A stretch of 64,000 bases of DNA, taken from NCBI GenBank assembly GCA_001179505.1, contig CDMY01000113.1:124881-188880 (forward strand), given 5' to 3'. Position 1 is the first letter of the stretch. Every line of letters begins with the position of its first letter. A program made the translations under genes and the position numbers. Source of the stretch: Vitrella brassicaformis CCMP3155. Taxonomy: Eukaryota > Protista > Chromerida. The notes under the pieces were generated by a model. The model searched no databases and was not told the DNA's origin. It was given only the letters and a program-made list of their open reading frames with translations. Positions 25,821 to 38,553 of this stretch are shown here, piece by piece.

Positions 25821-27736
25821 ATGGCGGTCCTCCTCACGACCATGGTCGCCGCCCTGGCTGTCCTCTCGGCTGCAGCAGCGTCGCCCTTGCGGCGCCTCGC
25901 ACCGTCAGAGGAGGTGTGCAAGAAGACAAACAAACAGCAGGTGGGAACGACGACCGACTCACTCTTGATGTGACCAGAAGAAGAGGCCTGCCTCTGCTGC
26001 TGCCATCGTTTGTGTGTCAGTCTTTGGCCCTCCAGATGGGCTGTTTGACAGCAGCGTCGTATGAAGACACTACAGCCGAGGACTACGCACAAGTAAGCCG
26101 AAGGCAGGAAGCTCTCCCCGTCTCTGGAACTCGCCACACCCCTCTTGCCGATCCGTCGCTTGGCAGGAGTGGCACCTGGCTCTCCCAATCGTGTCCAAGG
26201 GCGATGCGGCCATTGTATGGGTGAAGCCCTCGCCCAAGCCATCCCGTGCACCCACCCCCGAGCCCCCCTACTCCCGCATGTACCCGAAGGGCCGTCTGGT
26301 GGACGCATTCTTCCAGTCCCCGGACGAGTTTGAAGCACCAGAATCGCGGGGCTGGGACGCCTTGAGGATTGAGCTCGACGACGAGACGTGGGACGAAGCG
26401 GAGTGTGCCATCTCATTCGTGGTGGGTGGACAGACAGGGGAGAGAGTGGATGTCTAGGTGCTCTGATTAGCACGGGTTGATGGGCGTGTCTGCACACAGG
26501 GGAGCAACGACCATCAGGACCTGTTCAACTCGTATCACATTGAGCCATACGAGCCCGTCACAGACCCACAAGGCAACACGTAAGCAAAGCGGATCCGATT
26601 GTCGGCATCCATCCATCCATCCATCCATTCTCGTGCGCTGTCGTGCAGATACGAGGTGCACGCGGGCTTTTACGAAGAAGCCATGGTACGTGAACGTTCG
26701 GTGTCAGGCCCGGCATGGGCATCGCCATGAATGGATATTTCTCCATCATCATGTATGCAGTCGTTGATGGAGAGCCCCGAATGGGAGGTCTGGGACGTCA
26801 TGCGGAACAGCAGTGTTTGCTCTATGGGCATCTACTTCACGGGCTTCTCACTCGGGGGTGCGCTGGCGTCGCTCTTTCACCTGCAGCAATACGGACCCTG
26901 GAGCGATAAGGCCACAGTAAGGACGGAGGGCGGAACACCACAACCAATACCCCACGCACATGCTCGACCGCGTGTGTCTGTCCGTGTCAGCTCATCACCT
27001 TCGGCGCTCCACCTGTCGTCACCCACCGATCCTTCCCTCCTGAGCACACTGACCAAGATGAATCGCCCCCTTGTCACAGCAATGGCGTGCACTTCCAGTA
27101 TTCCTCCTTCTGGGCGGGCAGCGACCCCGTCCCCCGGCTGTTCTCGTCCTCCCTGCGGCACTTGGAGAGAATCGTCGACCTAGAGAGAGGCGTCACCAAT
27201 CGGGCCAACTATGAGACAGCAGGGGGCGACATGTGCGCAAGGCGGCTGGCGGCCGAAGGCCTCCCCTCTTCGTCTGCCAGCGATGACCGGAGATCCCTCC
27301 TGCTGCTTCAAGGCATCTGGAATCCTTGGCAGGTGTGCGGCACGGCTGAGAAAGATTGATGGCTGTGCATGCTGTCTGTCCGTCTATCTGTGTGTGTTAC
27401 CGGTTTCTCTGTCAGCACTACCTCCGGAACTACGTGACGATGTTCGCGGAGCTGCAGAGGGTGGTGCCGAGCCCCGTGACTGATAGCAACGAGAGCCAGG
27501 AGACGTGCAGCTACGATACCCGTGGCACGTGCTTCCTGCTGCCCTGCTGGGGCTATGGCAGCAACGTGTCATGCCAAAGGGGCAGGTGTCTCTGTCGAGA
27601 CAATTTTTGTTTCAGCGGCGGGCAGTGCCGCCCTGCAGCACCGGTGGCGCAGGAGGCGGCAGAGAAGGGGAGGCTGAGCGCTGAGGCTCTTCTGAGCGTG
27701 CCTGCACCCGTCCTGCCACTGGTAAGGGACGTGTAG
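25821..27736 (+). CDS. Secreted class 3 lipase-like alpha/beta hydrolase with a C-terminal Cys-rich module
   Basis: Signal peptide MAVLLTTMVAALAVLSAAAA; VHAGFY; IYFTGFSLGGALA nucleophile elbow; LITFGAPPV; DPVP; HYLRNY. Confidence 0.85.
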
Positions 27737-28224
27737 TGATGTGTATATGGATCCCATGCATGTGTGCATCCACACATACATGCACAGTCAGCCTTACGTG
27801 TTTCGTACTTTTTGTCAAAAGCAAGCCGCGTCGCCCATAAATGTGCTGGCACGTTTCGTGTGTGTGTGTGTACTATGTCACGTGTGTGTATATATGTGTG
27901 TGTAGGCGTGTACCGTACGCATGTGCAATGATGGCACTCGATGGGCTGGCTGTAGTCATGTTTCTCCTCCGGATCCTCCACTCCATTTGTATGTTTGCGT
28001 TGATCCTGACACGACACGCTCATCGGTTGCTTTGGCCTTTAGGGACGTACTACGTGTGTCCATGTTCATGTGCATCGCACCAACGCCGAGCAAGTGCGTG
28101 TGTGGATATGAATTCAACAGACGGCAGTCCACCACATCGTGTGTGCCTCGGTGATTTGCCTCACCCATATAAGTGCATCGTGGTGTACTCATCCCCGCCG
28201 CGGCGAGAATGGCGTCGCGCGAGA

Positions 28225-30210
28225 ATGACCTCGCAGCAGCGGTTTCACGCAGATCGAGACTCGCGAAGCTTTCCGTTGAAGAGGGAAAACCAGCTGTGCG
28301 ATATGTCAGCCAAGCTGGTCATCGGCCGCGGACCCAGGGCCCGCACGATCGTGTTTGATAGGGAGCAGGCGGAGCTGGGCAGCGGCGGGACGGCACTCGT
28401 CCTCAAGGGCGTTTTGCCGCGCGAGGACGGCAGCGGTGGGGACGAAGTAGCCTTCAAGATAGCCCGGCTACAGCCCGACGCCGACGACGACGAGTTCGGC
28501 GAGGACAGCGAGTCGGACGACAGCAGCGAGGAGGACCCCGAGGAGGATGATAGAAGGAAGGAGGAGAGCAGAGAGGAGGATCTGAGTCGGAGGAGACCAG
28601 GAATGCGGCAGGAGCTCAAGCGGCAGCAGCATCTGAGAGCGTTCCAGGGGAGGGAGGTGCCGGCCAGGGTGGTGACGGAGAGGGAAGGGCCGAGGAGGTC
28701 ATCGACGCAGCCATGGTGGCGAAGGTGCTGGGCGTGGAGGCTGATCGCATGCGCCAATTCGGCGGCCAGCCTCCGTTCGTCAACCTCTACGCCGCTGAGG
28801 TGGACCCGCAGTCGCCCGCCACCTACACCAACACGAGAGGGGATGCCATCCCGGCCCTGTGCATAGCCATGCCGGTAGTGTCTGGTGAGCTTGCTTCCAC
28901 ACCCCACACAGATGCGCACATGCCCGAGGTCCTCATTTCTCCTTGTGTTTCTGATTGATATGTAGGTGGTGCTGGTGAAGAGCACCGGTTTGTCGAGTTG
29001 GGCGATATGTCGGGCTGGCTGAACAACACGGTGATGCATTCCGACAAGGCGAGGAGGGACAAGGGCAGCATCGACCCGCAGGAGAGAAAGGTGCTGAGGC
29101 GCGTCAGCATGCTGACCAAGGCCCTCCTGTGCACCGCCAAAACCCACAAACTCGCCATGCGCCGCGCTCTCTGCATCGACCACTTTCACAACAACGTCAT
29201 GCTACCCAAGGCTGCCCTTGAGAGCCCCAGCAGTGCCCTGCAGCAGTCCGACACGGCCGCCGGCACAGTGCTGTTGGACCTGGCCAATACCCTCACCCCC
29301 ACCCCTACCCCCTCCCTCCCCTCACCACCACCTGCCTACTTGGGCCCCCACGTCGTCGTGCTGCCCCTGGACAAGGCCGCCCAAGCCGCCCAAGGGCAGT
29401 ATCCCGAGGGCTGCACGCCCTGGCACGTGTCGCCGGAGCTCTGGGTGGCCATGAAGGGGCCGCCGGTCGACGACGAGGCGGACGAGGAGGCCGCGGGAGC
29501 CACCGGCCGCATCAATGCCGGCTTCAACAGAACGCGGCGGCAGCTGAGGGCGGAGGGGCTGCTGGTGGGGGAGCGCAAGTCAGAAGCTCTCATGCTCGGG
29601 GAGCCGACCATCGTCGCCGGCATCGCCAAGGCCATGAGCGTCGTCATGAGGGCGGACTTGAAGGTGAGGACCGCCATCAGGGACGCCAAGGCGCTGGGGG
29701 CAGCTGAGGAGCCTCGTGCGGCCGAGGAGCTGCTGCTGGCCGACTGGGACCACTACACGGCCACCATCATCACCCAAGACGGCCGACCACTCGAGTGCCG
29801 CAAAAACAAGCCCGTGCGCCCCGTGCCCTACGAGGAAGTCCTCACAGCGTGCCCGGGGCTCGAGTGGTTCAGCCAGTGGCAGCAGATCGTGGGACGCGCC
29901 GTGGCCAAGGGGTTGAGAGGCAGACAGAGCGAGCGGGGGACCATCGCAGACTTAGAAGAGCAGCTGGTCCGCGCCCTGCAGCTGCTGGAGCTGGAGCAGG
30001 TCAAGCAGGCCACGGAGAAGGGCACCAGCCTGCAGGTGCCCGTCGCCCTGCCGGCCAGCACAGGCCCTCCCGCCGTCGCCAAGCCCCGCTACTGCTGCTG
30101 CGGGTGAGTCACGTGTGTTGTATGTGTTGTGTATGTATGGCATCCATCCGTCCATCTCACTTCCCTCCATCTGTCTGTCTGTCTGTCTAATCTATGTCAG
30201 TTGCTGCTGA
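28225..30210 (+). CDS. Atypical protein kinase-like gene with one internal frameshift and a terminal CC motif
   Basis: LGSGGTALV Gly-loop, VAFK, CIDHFHNNVM (D..N at kinase spacing), LLDLAN, SPELW. Introns about 28885-28965 and 30104-30200; frameshift within 28553-28730. Confidence 0.7.
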
Positions 30211-31396
30211 AGATTCAGGCAGTGACACGGCGTCAGGGGAGATTAGCGCCTCCCCGACTCACTTCAAGGATGGGAGAGGGTTCGGTTCTCTTGCAGGGAG
30301 GGACCCGTTCATGTCATGTCGTATGTGTGTGAGTAGCCAGCTGTACAGAGAGACACAGACCACCAGCACATAAATCTTACGTCATTCATGCAATGGTCAT
30401 GTCACTCACCATGAACGAACATCTCAACGAACGAGTCACCAATCAACACATGGATGGACAGACGCAGCAAGGAGATACGGCCGCCTCAGAGACCAACGCA
30501 TCACAGCACGATGCCGGCCGGTCCGCCCGCTCACCGGTCAGGTCGGCAGGTGAACGACAGAGTGTATCTCTCCCTCCCTCCCTCCCTCCTCTATGTCCGT
30601 CTGTTGTGCATCTATGTAATTTGCCCGTCGCCCTTCAACTAGCTATGTACACGCCCGCCGTCCGTTGGCTATCTGCCTCTGTCGCTGTGTGTGTCTTGCT
30701 TGACCTATAGGTCAGCGGCGCTTGCCCAAGACAGCATCCCAGGCAGCTAGGATAGGCATCCACTCGTCCAACGAAATACGCGGGCCTTCCTTCTCGCTCC
30801 CCCACTCCTTGCCGCCCTCCCTCCCTGAGGAAGTCAATGGACGGATGGACAGAACACACGACTGAGTGAGTGGGGCGGCGCAAGAGAGTTGTGCGTTCGG
30901 TCCAGCAACACCCTTCATGGCACAGACAGACAGACGGACAGACAGACAGCGATGGATGTGCGAAGGTGGCATCTGTCCAGTGCAGTGTACCTGCTGCTGT
31001 CCGCTGTCATGGGTCATCGGAACGGCTATTTGAGGCACGCCAAACAACTGCATCTGAACACACATACACGACTCATACACACACAAAATGAATGCGACTT
31101 ACCTCGTGAAAGACGTGAGTGATTCTCTCCCAACCTTACCTGTCCAGGCGGCAATGGGTAGAGAGCGGTATCGCCGGGTGCTGCCGGTGCAGCAGGCACC
31201 CACCCATCGCTAAAAGGACCATCACCACCGCTTTCCGCTGTCTGCCAGCCGCTTGCCGACGCACCCATACCTCTACTGCTCACGGCATGGCCAACAGCAA
31301 ACGCGAGGCAACGCCAACTCTCCAGAGCCCTCGGTGAAATCTTGCGAGCGCTGGGCGAAGGCGATCCATCCCTGAACAAGGGACAGCATTCTCGAT

Positions 31397-32977
31397 ATGG
31401 CTTCGGATGCTGCATCGTACGACGTCAGCTGTCAGGTGCAGCACACGCTGTTCAGGCTGTACTTCAAAAACAGACCACCGAAGGTCGTCAAGGCCGGCGA
31501 ATGCTTCGCTGCTGAGGTATGGTGGCAGCATGAAAGACACTGTCGTCTGACTCATCGCATCATGGTGTAGTGCCCTTTGCTGTTTGTTTGTCTATCTGTG
31601 GCAGCTCTATCTTGCGAACGAGCTGGTACGCTTGAACTGACCATTGGGGCCATAGTAGCCTAGAAGAGCATGTGTGTGTGTTCCCGTTCTCGTTTGGTTG
31701 TCAGGGCATGAGTCATGCAATGGTGCCCTCTGACTCATCATCCACACCATCCAGCAGCAGCAGCAGCAGGCAGTCTGTCGGCCTGCAGCTCACGGCCATC
31801 CCATGGACGCCAGTCACTGGCAGCCATCAATCCCCCGCCCCACCCTGCCAGCTGCATGTGGCTGTCAAGAACCCAAGAGACCTCCTTGTCAGGAAGAGCG
31901 GCAGTGCCTCGCTGCAGGTGGCCATCTACATGATGCCGTCCATGGGCAGGCGGCCGTCTTCTGTGCTGTCCGTCACGGCCGTCCTAGTGGTGCAGGTGGA
32001 TCCCAAGTGCGTGGCTGGCGGCGGCATTCTCAGGGCCGCATCGCTGCCATTCACTCTGGTGACCAACAACACGGCGGCAGGAGGGAGTAATGCCCTTGTT
32101 GATGCGTGGGATGGTTTCAGCGGCACTCGGCTGCTCGACCTATCACCCATCGGCCCTCTAGCCCTCATTTTGGAGCAGTCGGCTTACGAGGTGCTCGGGG
32201 GGAAGGTGTGGGATGCCGGATGGATGGTGGCGGAGTGTTTGCGGCAAGAGGGCTACAGAAGGTTGCTGCATGACCATGATGCTGGAAGGCACGCTTGCCT
32301 GGAGCTTGGGAGCGGCACGGGGGTCGGTGGCATCGCGTACTATCTCAGTGGCGGGATGCGGCAGCCGATGGTCGTGTGCACTGACCTACCTGACGTGATG
32401 CCCATCTGTGAGGCCAACCTCACTCTCAACTTTGGTGCAGGTAATTGATGGATTGCACACAGACGTAGCGATCGAAGGCATGCCCAGTGTGCGGTTTTAT
32501 CTGTGTGCAGAGTCTGATCGCAAGGCAGACATTCGCGGCCGCCCTTTGCCGTGGGGCGACGACGCGGCCCTGACGGCCGTCAGTGACGAGTTCGGCCCCT
32601 TCTCGCTCATCATGTTATGTGACGTCTTGTACAACAGCGACAGCTACGGGCCGCTAATCGCCACACTCCGACGAGCCATTGACACCAGCCATCCCCCAGC
32701 CATCCTCCTCAGCTACCGCTATCGAGACCCGTGTGTGGGGCAATTCTTCCAGCAGCTGGGCGACATGTGTCACATCTATGACATCACCGATGTGCCCCTG
32801 CCGGCGGATGAGCGGCGCATCGACGCGCCTGAGAGGCTGGCGGCCCCGCGAAGGCGATCCAATGTGCTGCGGGCGGCGCTGATGCGCGCTGGTAGTGATG
32901 GTGGTGATGGGTGTGGGGGTGGGGGGGCTTTGGTATCGTGTGAGGACATCTGGGTGCTGTGGTGCGTGCCACAGTGA
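31397..32977 (+). CDS. METTL21/Methyltransf_16-type protein lysine methyltransferase with an N-terminal extension (copy 1)
   Basis: GGKVWDAG, CLELGSGTGVGG, CTDLPDV, LPWGD, MLCDVLY and LSYRYRD motifs. Confidence 0.85.
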
Positions 32978-33241
32978 GGGAGGGTTGTGTCCGTGTCCAT
33001 ATGTACAGGGGGTACTGTCTGCATGGCGTTGTAAGTGAAAGACTAGTCTTGCTGCTGATGTCTTGTTGCATGATGTCTTGTGGTGTTCCTTGTGAAAGGC
33101 ATCGCAGCGGACAAGGATCGCGCCGGGCAATCAGACAGACAGACAGACAGACAGAGGCAGTGCACGTCAATGATCGATATCGCAAAGACGTTGATTGAGA
33201 CGGCAAACAAAGAGACAAACAACCTGTCCGACCATGTACCA

Positions 33242-33885
33242 TCATGCTCCAAGGTCGCTGCATGTAGCAGACGTAGGTACGGAGACATGAGAAATCGATA
33301 CCGACAGATATAAAATGGAGGCAGCGATTTTGGGACCTGAGAGGCATACAGAAGGCCAACCAAGCAAACTAAAGGACGAATGGACAGGCACCGAAGCCAT
33401 CTCCCATCTCCCCTTTCCCGCCTGCCTGCCTGCCTGCCTGCCGGCCTGTCTGTCTGCGTACCCCAGTCCCGTCACGTCGCATACGAGTGGCTGCCCAAGG
33501 ACCTCCACCGAGAGCTCGTAGCTCCAGTACACGCTCGCTACAACGACGTGACTTTCATCCTCACAACACTGAAACAGACACACCCGAATCCACACAGCAA
33601 GTTATGAATCACGGGCCAAGATCCATGCTTCTGCGGTGCTTATTTCTTACCCGGCGACGGCTCCCAGGCACAGCAACGTCAGGATGCATAGGAGCTGTCC
33701 AAGGACCTCCACCGAGTGATCATAGGTCCAATATACGGCGACTACGAGCACGAAGAGGGTCGTGCAGGTGGTGAAGAGGCGGAGGGAAGTGACCTCCATC
33801 CTCAGCTGGCCTCCTGAGGTGGCCTGTACGTCCTCAGGTGGGCGCCAGGGCGGCGCGTCGACGTCCGTCTTGTCGCCGCTCTGCT
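33242..33885 (-). pseudogene. Relic carrying one full and one partial copy of a two-helix hydrophobic module; paralogue of the formin first exon
   Basis: MEVTSLRLFTTCTTLFVLVVAVYWTYDHSVEVLGQLLCILTLLCLGAVAG|VVRMKVTSL*, with an 82-nt intron (33569-33650) nearly identical to 38913-38994. Confidence 0.75.
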
Positions 33886-34499
33886 ATCGTTGCCGACCAG
33901 TGGGATGCCGATGGTACTTGATGACAGCTGCCTACTGAATCTCGATTGAGGGAGCCTTGCAGGGCCGTGCAGATACTGAAGAGGCCGAAGGATGTTGGCT
34001 TTATCCTCAGCTGGCCTCGGATGCTACGAAGAGCTCCCAAGAGGCAGCTGGTGTCACCGCCGGGTGGCGCGTGGACGTCCCGTCGCTGCTGTCTGTCGAT
34101 GACGATGGATACAGCTGCCAACTGAACCTCTACTTGCGGCTCGGCTCAAGGGACTACTCCCTCCTCACGAGCCGCATCGGCGGCACCATGGCGGGGTGCG
34201 GCAGGGGGAAGTGTCGGGGTGGTGCTGCTGCTCGTGAGGGTGGCCAGGGGTGGCGGGTTGGTGCTGCTGCAGGTGAGGGCAGGGCGTGTCGGGGTGGTGC
34301 TGCTGCGAGGGGAGGGGGAGGGAAGGGGTGCTGGAGTGGGAGGGGCAGGTGCAGGGCTGGTGGTGGGAGGGGCACGAGCCGGGGGGCGACGTGGGACGGG
34401 GGATGAACGAGATGAGGAGGCACCATCATCGCCCCACTGCCTCTCGGTCCACTGCCCATCCACATGTCGATGCAGGTGGCCTGGGACCGTCTCGTCAAC

Positions 34500-34990
34500 A
34501 CTACGAGCGCCTGCATTCACGAAGATGTTCTTCCCCCTCAACGTGTTCATCATGTATGTCATCTTGCGTAGTGTACCTTCGGTACGTATTCCAGGAGGAG
34601 GAAAATGTGTCCACAGTGTCGGATGGAGCGGTGCAGGCGGACAATGTTGCGGGGATCACACCGCCGGTGCAACTGACACGTTGACAGACGGCACAGGCAC
34701 ACATACACACGGACACATGTGATGCCGCCCGACCCATGAGTGTTGTCTCTGTTGTGTCGTGTGTGCCCCATCCTTCTCTCCGTACCTCCACCTCGCGCTG
34801 CAGCTGGCTGACCATGGCTCTGCTGGTGTAGTGCTCTATTTCAATCTGCACAGACAGAAACAAACACCCACCAATGGATTTCGGACGGCTCTGTTTCTGT
34901 GCTCTGTTTCTATGCGATGGGGGATTTGATGGTCTTGTGGCGTAGTAGCAGCACTCTGGCGTACGCCCCCGCCTGCAAGCGCGACATGGA
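34500..34990 (-). pseudogene. Aurora/CAMK-like kinase N-lobe relic
   Basis: GAYARVLLLRHK...IA*K; QLQREVE; RNIVRLHRSIRHCGHIFLLLEYVPK(G)TL. It has an in-frame TAG and a 1-nt deletion, and no HRD/DFG was found downstream. Confidence 0.6.
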
Positions 34991-35725
34991 GAGGGATCAA
35001 CATTACATGGCCGATCGGAATGCTGCCGTGCACTGCACATTGTGTGTGTGTCGGTCCGCACTTACTCCCAGTATGTGTGTGTTGGGGTTGTGGTGGTCCC
35101 TGGGCAGTTTGTACTCTGCCAGCTCCGCCGGCACCTGAAGGTCGGGCAAGAGCCACAGATACACTGCAGAAAGGCCAGTGGAGCAGCAGATATGAACTCG
35201 AGTGCATCTGCCTTTCACGTGTCATTCTCACCGATGGTGGGCGGCAGCCAGCGTTGCTACGGTTGGAGCCACGTCAGCAATGGGCGACAGGTACAGCATT
35301 CATCCCACCATCATGACACATGGTAGTACTAACCTTACAGAGGTTTTCTCGAGAAAGGAGAAGACACGCGCACACTTTCCAGACGGTAGTCGCCAGCCGC
35401 TCGGGAGAAGGCAAAAAGTCACCGGCTGAGGCCTCGGGCCCGGGGGGCACGGCGGTACATGAAGGAAGGGGCAGAGGAGGAGCGGACCGGCCACATGAGC
35501 CAACAGACAGCCAGAAAGACGAGGGAATGAAGGATCTGCGACTGAAACAAAGGCTGGAGGCGAACAGCGACTGAAAATTGTGGAATAGACTAAAATCGAC
35601 AGTTTCGCGTCTCCGCGTCTCGTCGCGAAAATCTCGCCGCACACTCCGCTTCTCTTTAGTTGCAACAACTTCTGCACCAGCCACTTCACTCAATGCCATG
35701 CACGCATCAACCCATCCATCCGCTA

Positions 35726-36889
35726 TCACCAAAACTTGAGTGCCACGTGGCGGCACGCGAGAGCATACGACACACCGCTCCACACGATACAGTAACTGAG
35801 CGGAGCACGACACACACAGCTGGTTTGTGGGTTTGTGGTTGGTTGGCTGGTCCCCTGGCCAGCTTACAGCACGAGTATCGCGAATGCGGTCGCCGGCGGT
35901 TGCAGCAGCGTCTGCATGGTTACATTCACCATACCCGTCAGCTGATTCGCCTGACCGACACAGAGAGAAGCCATGGACGATCGGCGCCACGCCGACTGCA
36001 GTGCGTTCCGACCAGTAGAAAGATGGCCAGCATGTTCTTCTGCACGCCATCGAGAATGAAGATCCGCTGACGACTGCCTGCACAATACATGCAAAGAGCA
36101 CAACATAGACTACTCGTAGATCAGTGGCCGTACCAATGAATAGGTTAGCGGCGAGGCAGCATGCGAGCTGCCAGGAATGGTGGCTCACGCACAACAACAC
36201 AAAGGGCAGGTTGCTCTGGAAGACAAGAAGACAGGTATGGATGGATGGATGAATGAGCGTGCGAGCGTCCGCGTACGACGGGCTGCTTACTGACCAGTCT
36301 CCTTGACGGCATCAGCCCCCATCTCTTGTCAAGGTAGACCACCAAAAGAAACGTCACCACACACCAACTGAACCAGAGGACACACGCACCACTCATTCTC
36401 ACACGAACAAACCGTCTGTGGCGTGGTGCGGTGCCCGTGCGGTGCGTGTGTACCCCAATAGCTTGGTCAGCGTGATGCGGGTGGGTGGCGCCCTGACGAC
36501 AGGAACCGCAAACACACAGACAGATAGGTATGCACAGACATCTCCGTGTGTGTCGGCCGAGCACCTTTCCGGTTTGAGGATGCGCCCATGGCCGACGCCA
36601 ATCAGAAACAGAGACAACAGACCTCAACACCACACCGCACCACAAAACGCGCACGTCGATCCGAGAGTAAAGTCGGCGCGCGTAGCCTGTGTCGTGTATT
36701 CCTCACTCACCGATACTGCCCAGAATGCCTTCGCGATTGGCACTGAAGAAAGCTGGAGACACACAGGCAACCATACAAGTCAGTCAACACTTGGTGCAAC
36801 CAGTCGGAGCGCTCCTGATGTACATGTTCTTTCGGCATTGAGTATGAAGCCGCCCACACCGCAGTTCAGCACCAACTCGTACACTGCAT

Positions 36890-36920
<31 letters not shown>

Positions 36921-38480
36921 GAGGAGATGCATGTGTGCGGGAAGGAGCCACACAGCAGGTAGGAAAGGTACCCGCAGCTATGATGAGTCCAGCCGCGTCG
37001 GCCCACTCGGCGGGGAACAGACGATTGACCACCAATGACGAACCTGGCACGACACACATCCCAATCAGCAGACATATATGGCTGGACTCACTGGCCACTG
37101 TTGCTGTACCTCCCCACCTAATGTCACCAGGGCGATAGAGAAGAAGAAGTTCCAGTGGACACCGTACTCAGAAGTGGGCACCTGCACACACACGACACGC
37201 CCATGGCGGCATCCGTTTAGCCGCGCCGCCGTCCTTTCTCATGCTCACGTGGTAGTCGACGCCCCACACGAGGATCAATCGAATGGCGCCCAGCAGTAGG
37301 AGGGGCCACAGGCTGTAGGCTGTCACGCGAAGGGACGTTGGCGCTCTGCTGCCTGTGCAGCACACGCAAACACAGATGTAAAGCCACACAAAGCCACACT
37401 AATGCGTATGGTGCCTAAGTACCTCTGGCAGCTTTGGAAACCATGCCGCCCGCTAGGGTGAAGAAACCGACGCCCCCGTCCATCTGACGGAACAAGAGCG
37501 TGGACAACGCTCATCCACGGATGGATGGAGGGGAGAGGCGGTATGTTAGCCCTCAATTACTCACCACAGAGAATCCGTAGTTTTCAGTCTTGGCGAGCCG
37601 CCGCGGGTAGATGAAAAAGTCGACCGCAAGAATGGCTGACACATCCATCCATCCATCCATCCATCGGTATTCCGATCTTAAAGATCTGCCGGCGAACCAA
37701 TGTTTGTTCCAATGGCGCCAACAGCCCGATAGTCAGATATGTAGCACGGACGCCTGTAGAATCCACACACATGATCCAGGCACAGCCTTGTGTGGCCGTC
37801 ACAGCCTTCATTCTGCTCACTTTGGCTCTGCACAATGCGGCCGCGTTTCAGCTGACCTTCCTTAGGGAAACACACAACACAGACAAACAGACAAAGAAAC
37901 AAACAGGCAGGCAGGCAGGCAGACGGGAGCATCAACCAAGAGCAAAGTGCCGGTCTCTCTTCGACTACTTGTGTGCGTACCAGAAGTCGCTCGTGCGGAA
38001 GATCCGTCCATCAGCACCACTCGAGGCCTTTCGCCTCTCCGTCATGACAGCAATGGCGACCACGCCCAGCTGGCCGCACATGACGCTCACAGACAGGCGA
38101 GGCGCACAGAAGAGCACCAGCAGCGGCATCACTACCGCAAGGAACTCCAGTACAAAGCGGAGCACAAGGGAGCTCGGCCACCGCAGCAGCACCATGAGGG
38201 CGTGGCAGAAGAGAATAGACACCTGCAGACAGACAAGATACCAACCGGCACACGCACACAAGGGAGGGAGAGTGAAACACCGTCGTGTAGCTTTTGGGTG
38301 CCTCACTGCTGGAGATGCGCCGATGAGGAAGAGTTCCAGGTGTGCTGCGCCGGTCTCGTTGACATATGCCGTCTGCTGGATCTGGCTGTACTCATCCCTG
38401 GACACTCTGGTGCGGCAGACGCCATCATCAGGTGACAGCGCCACAGAAGGGCATTCGAACCATTCATGAATGAAACTCAT
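35726..38480 (-). CDS. PIGW: GPI inositol acyltransferase PIG-W/Gwt1, about 14 exons
   Basis: Spliced motifs AILAVDFFIYPRRLAKTENYG, MDGGVG, SEYGVHWNFF, FFSANREGILG, SRRL|SNLPF, KNMLAIFLL|ANQLTGMVN, ending LKFW*. Confidence 0.92.
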
Positions 38481-38553
38481 TGCTATAGCATCTACAAACC
38501 TTACTGGCTCTCACGAGATCCTCAGCGCCTCAGATCTCGAACGTCATTCGAAT

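Noticed and set aside
28245-29189. Long antisense ORFs (also 39224-40258, 4531-5277, 40826-41848, 53672-54340)
   Set aside because: They are shadows of GC3-rich sense genes and have no recognisable motifs
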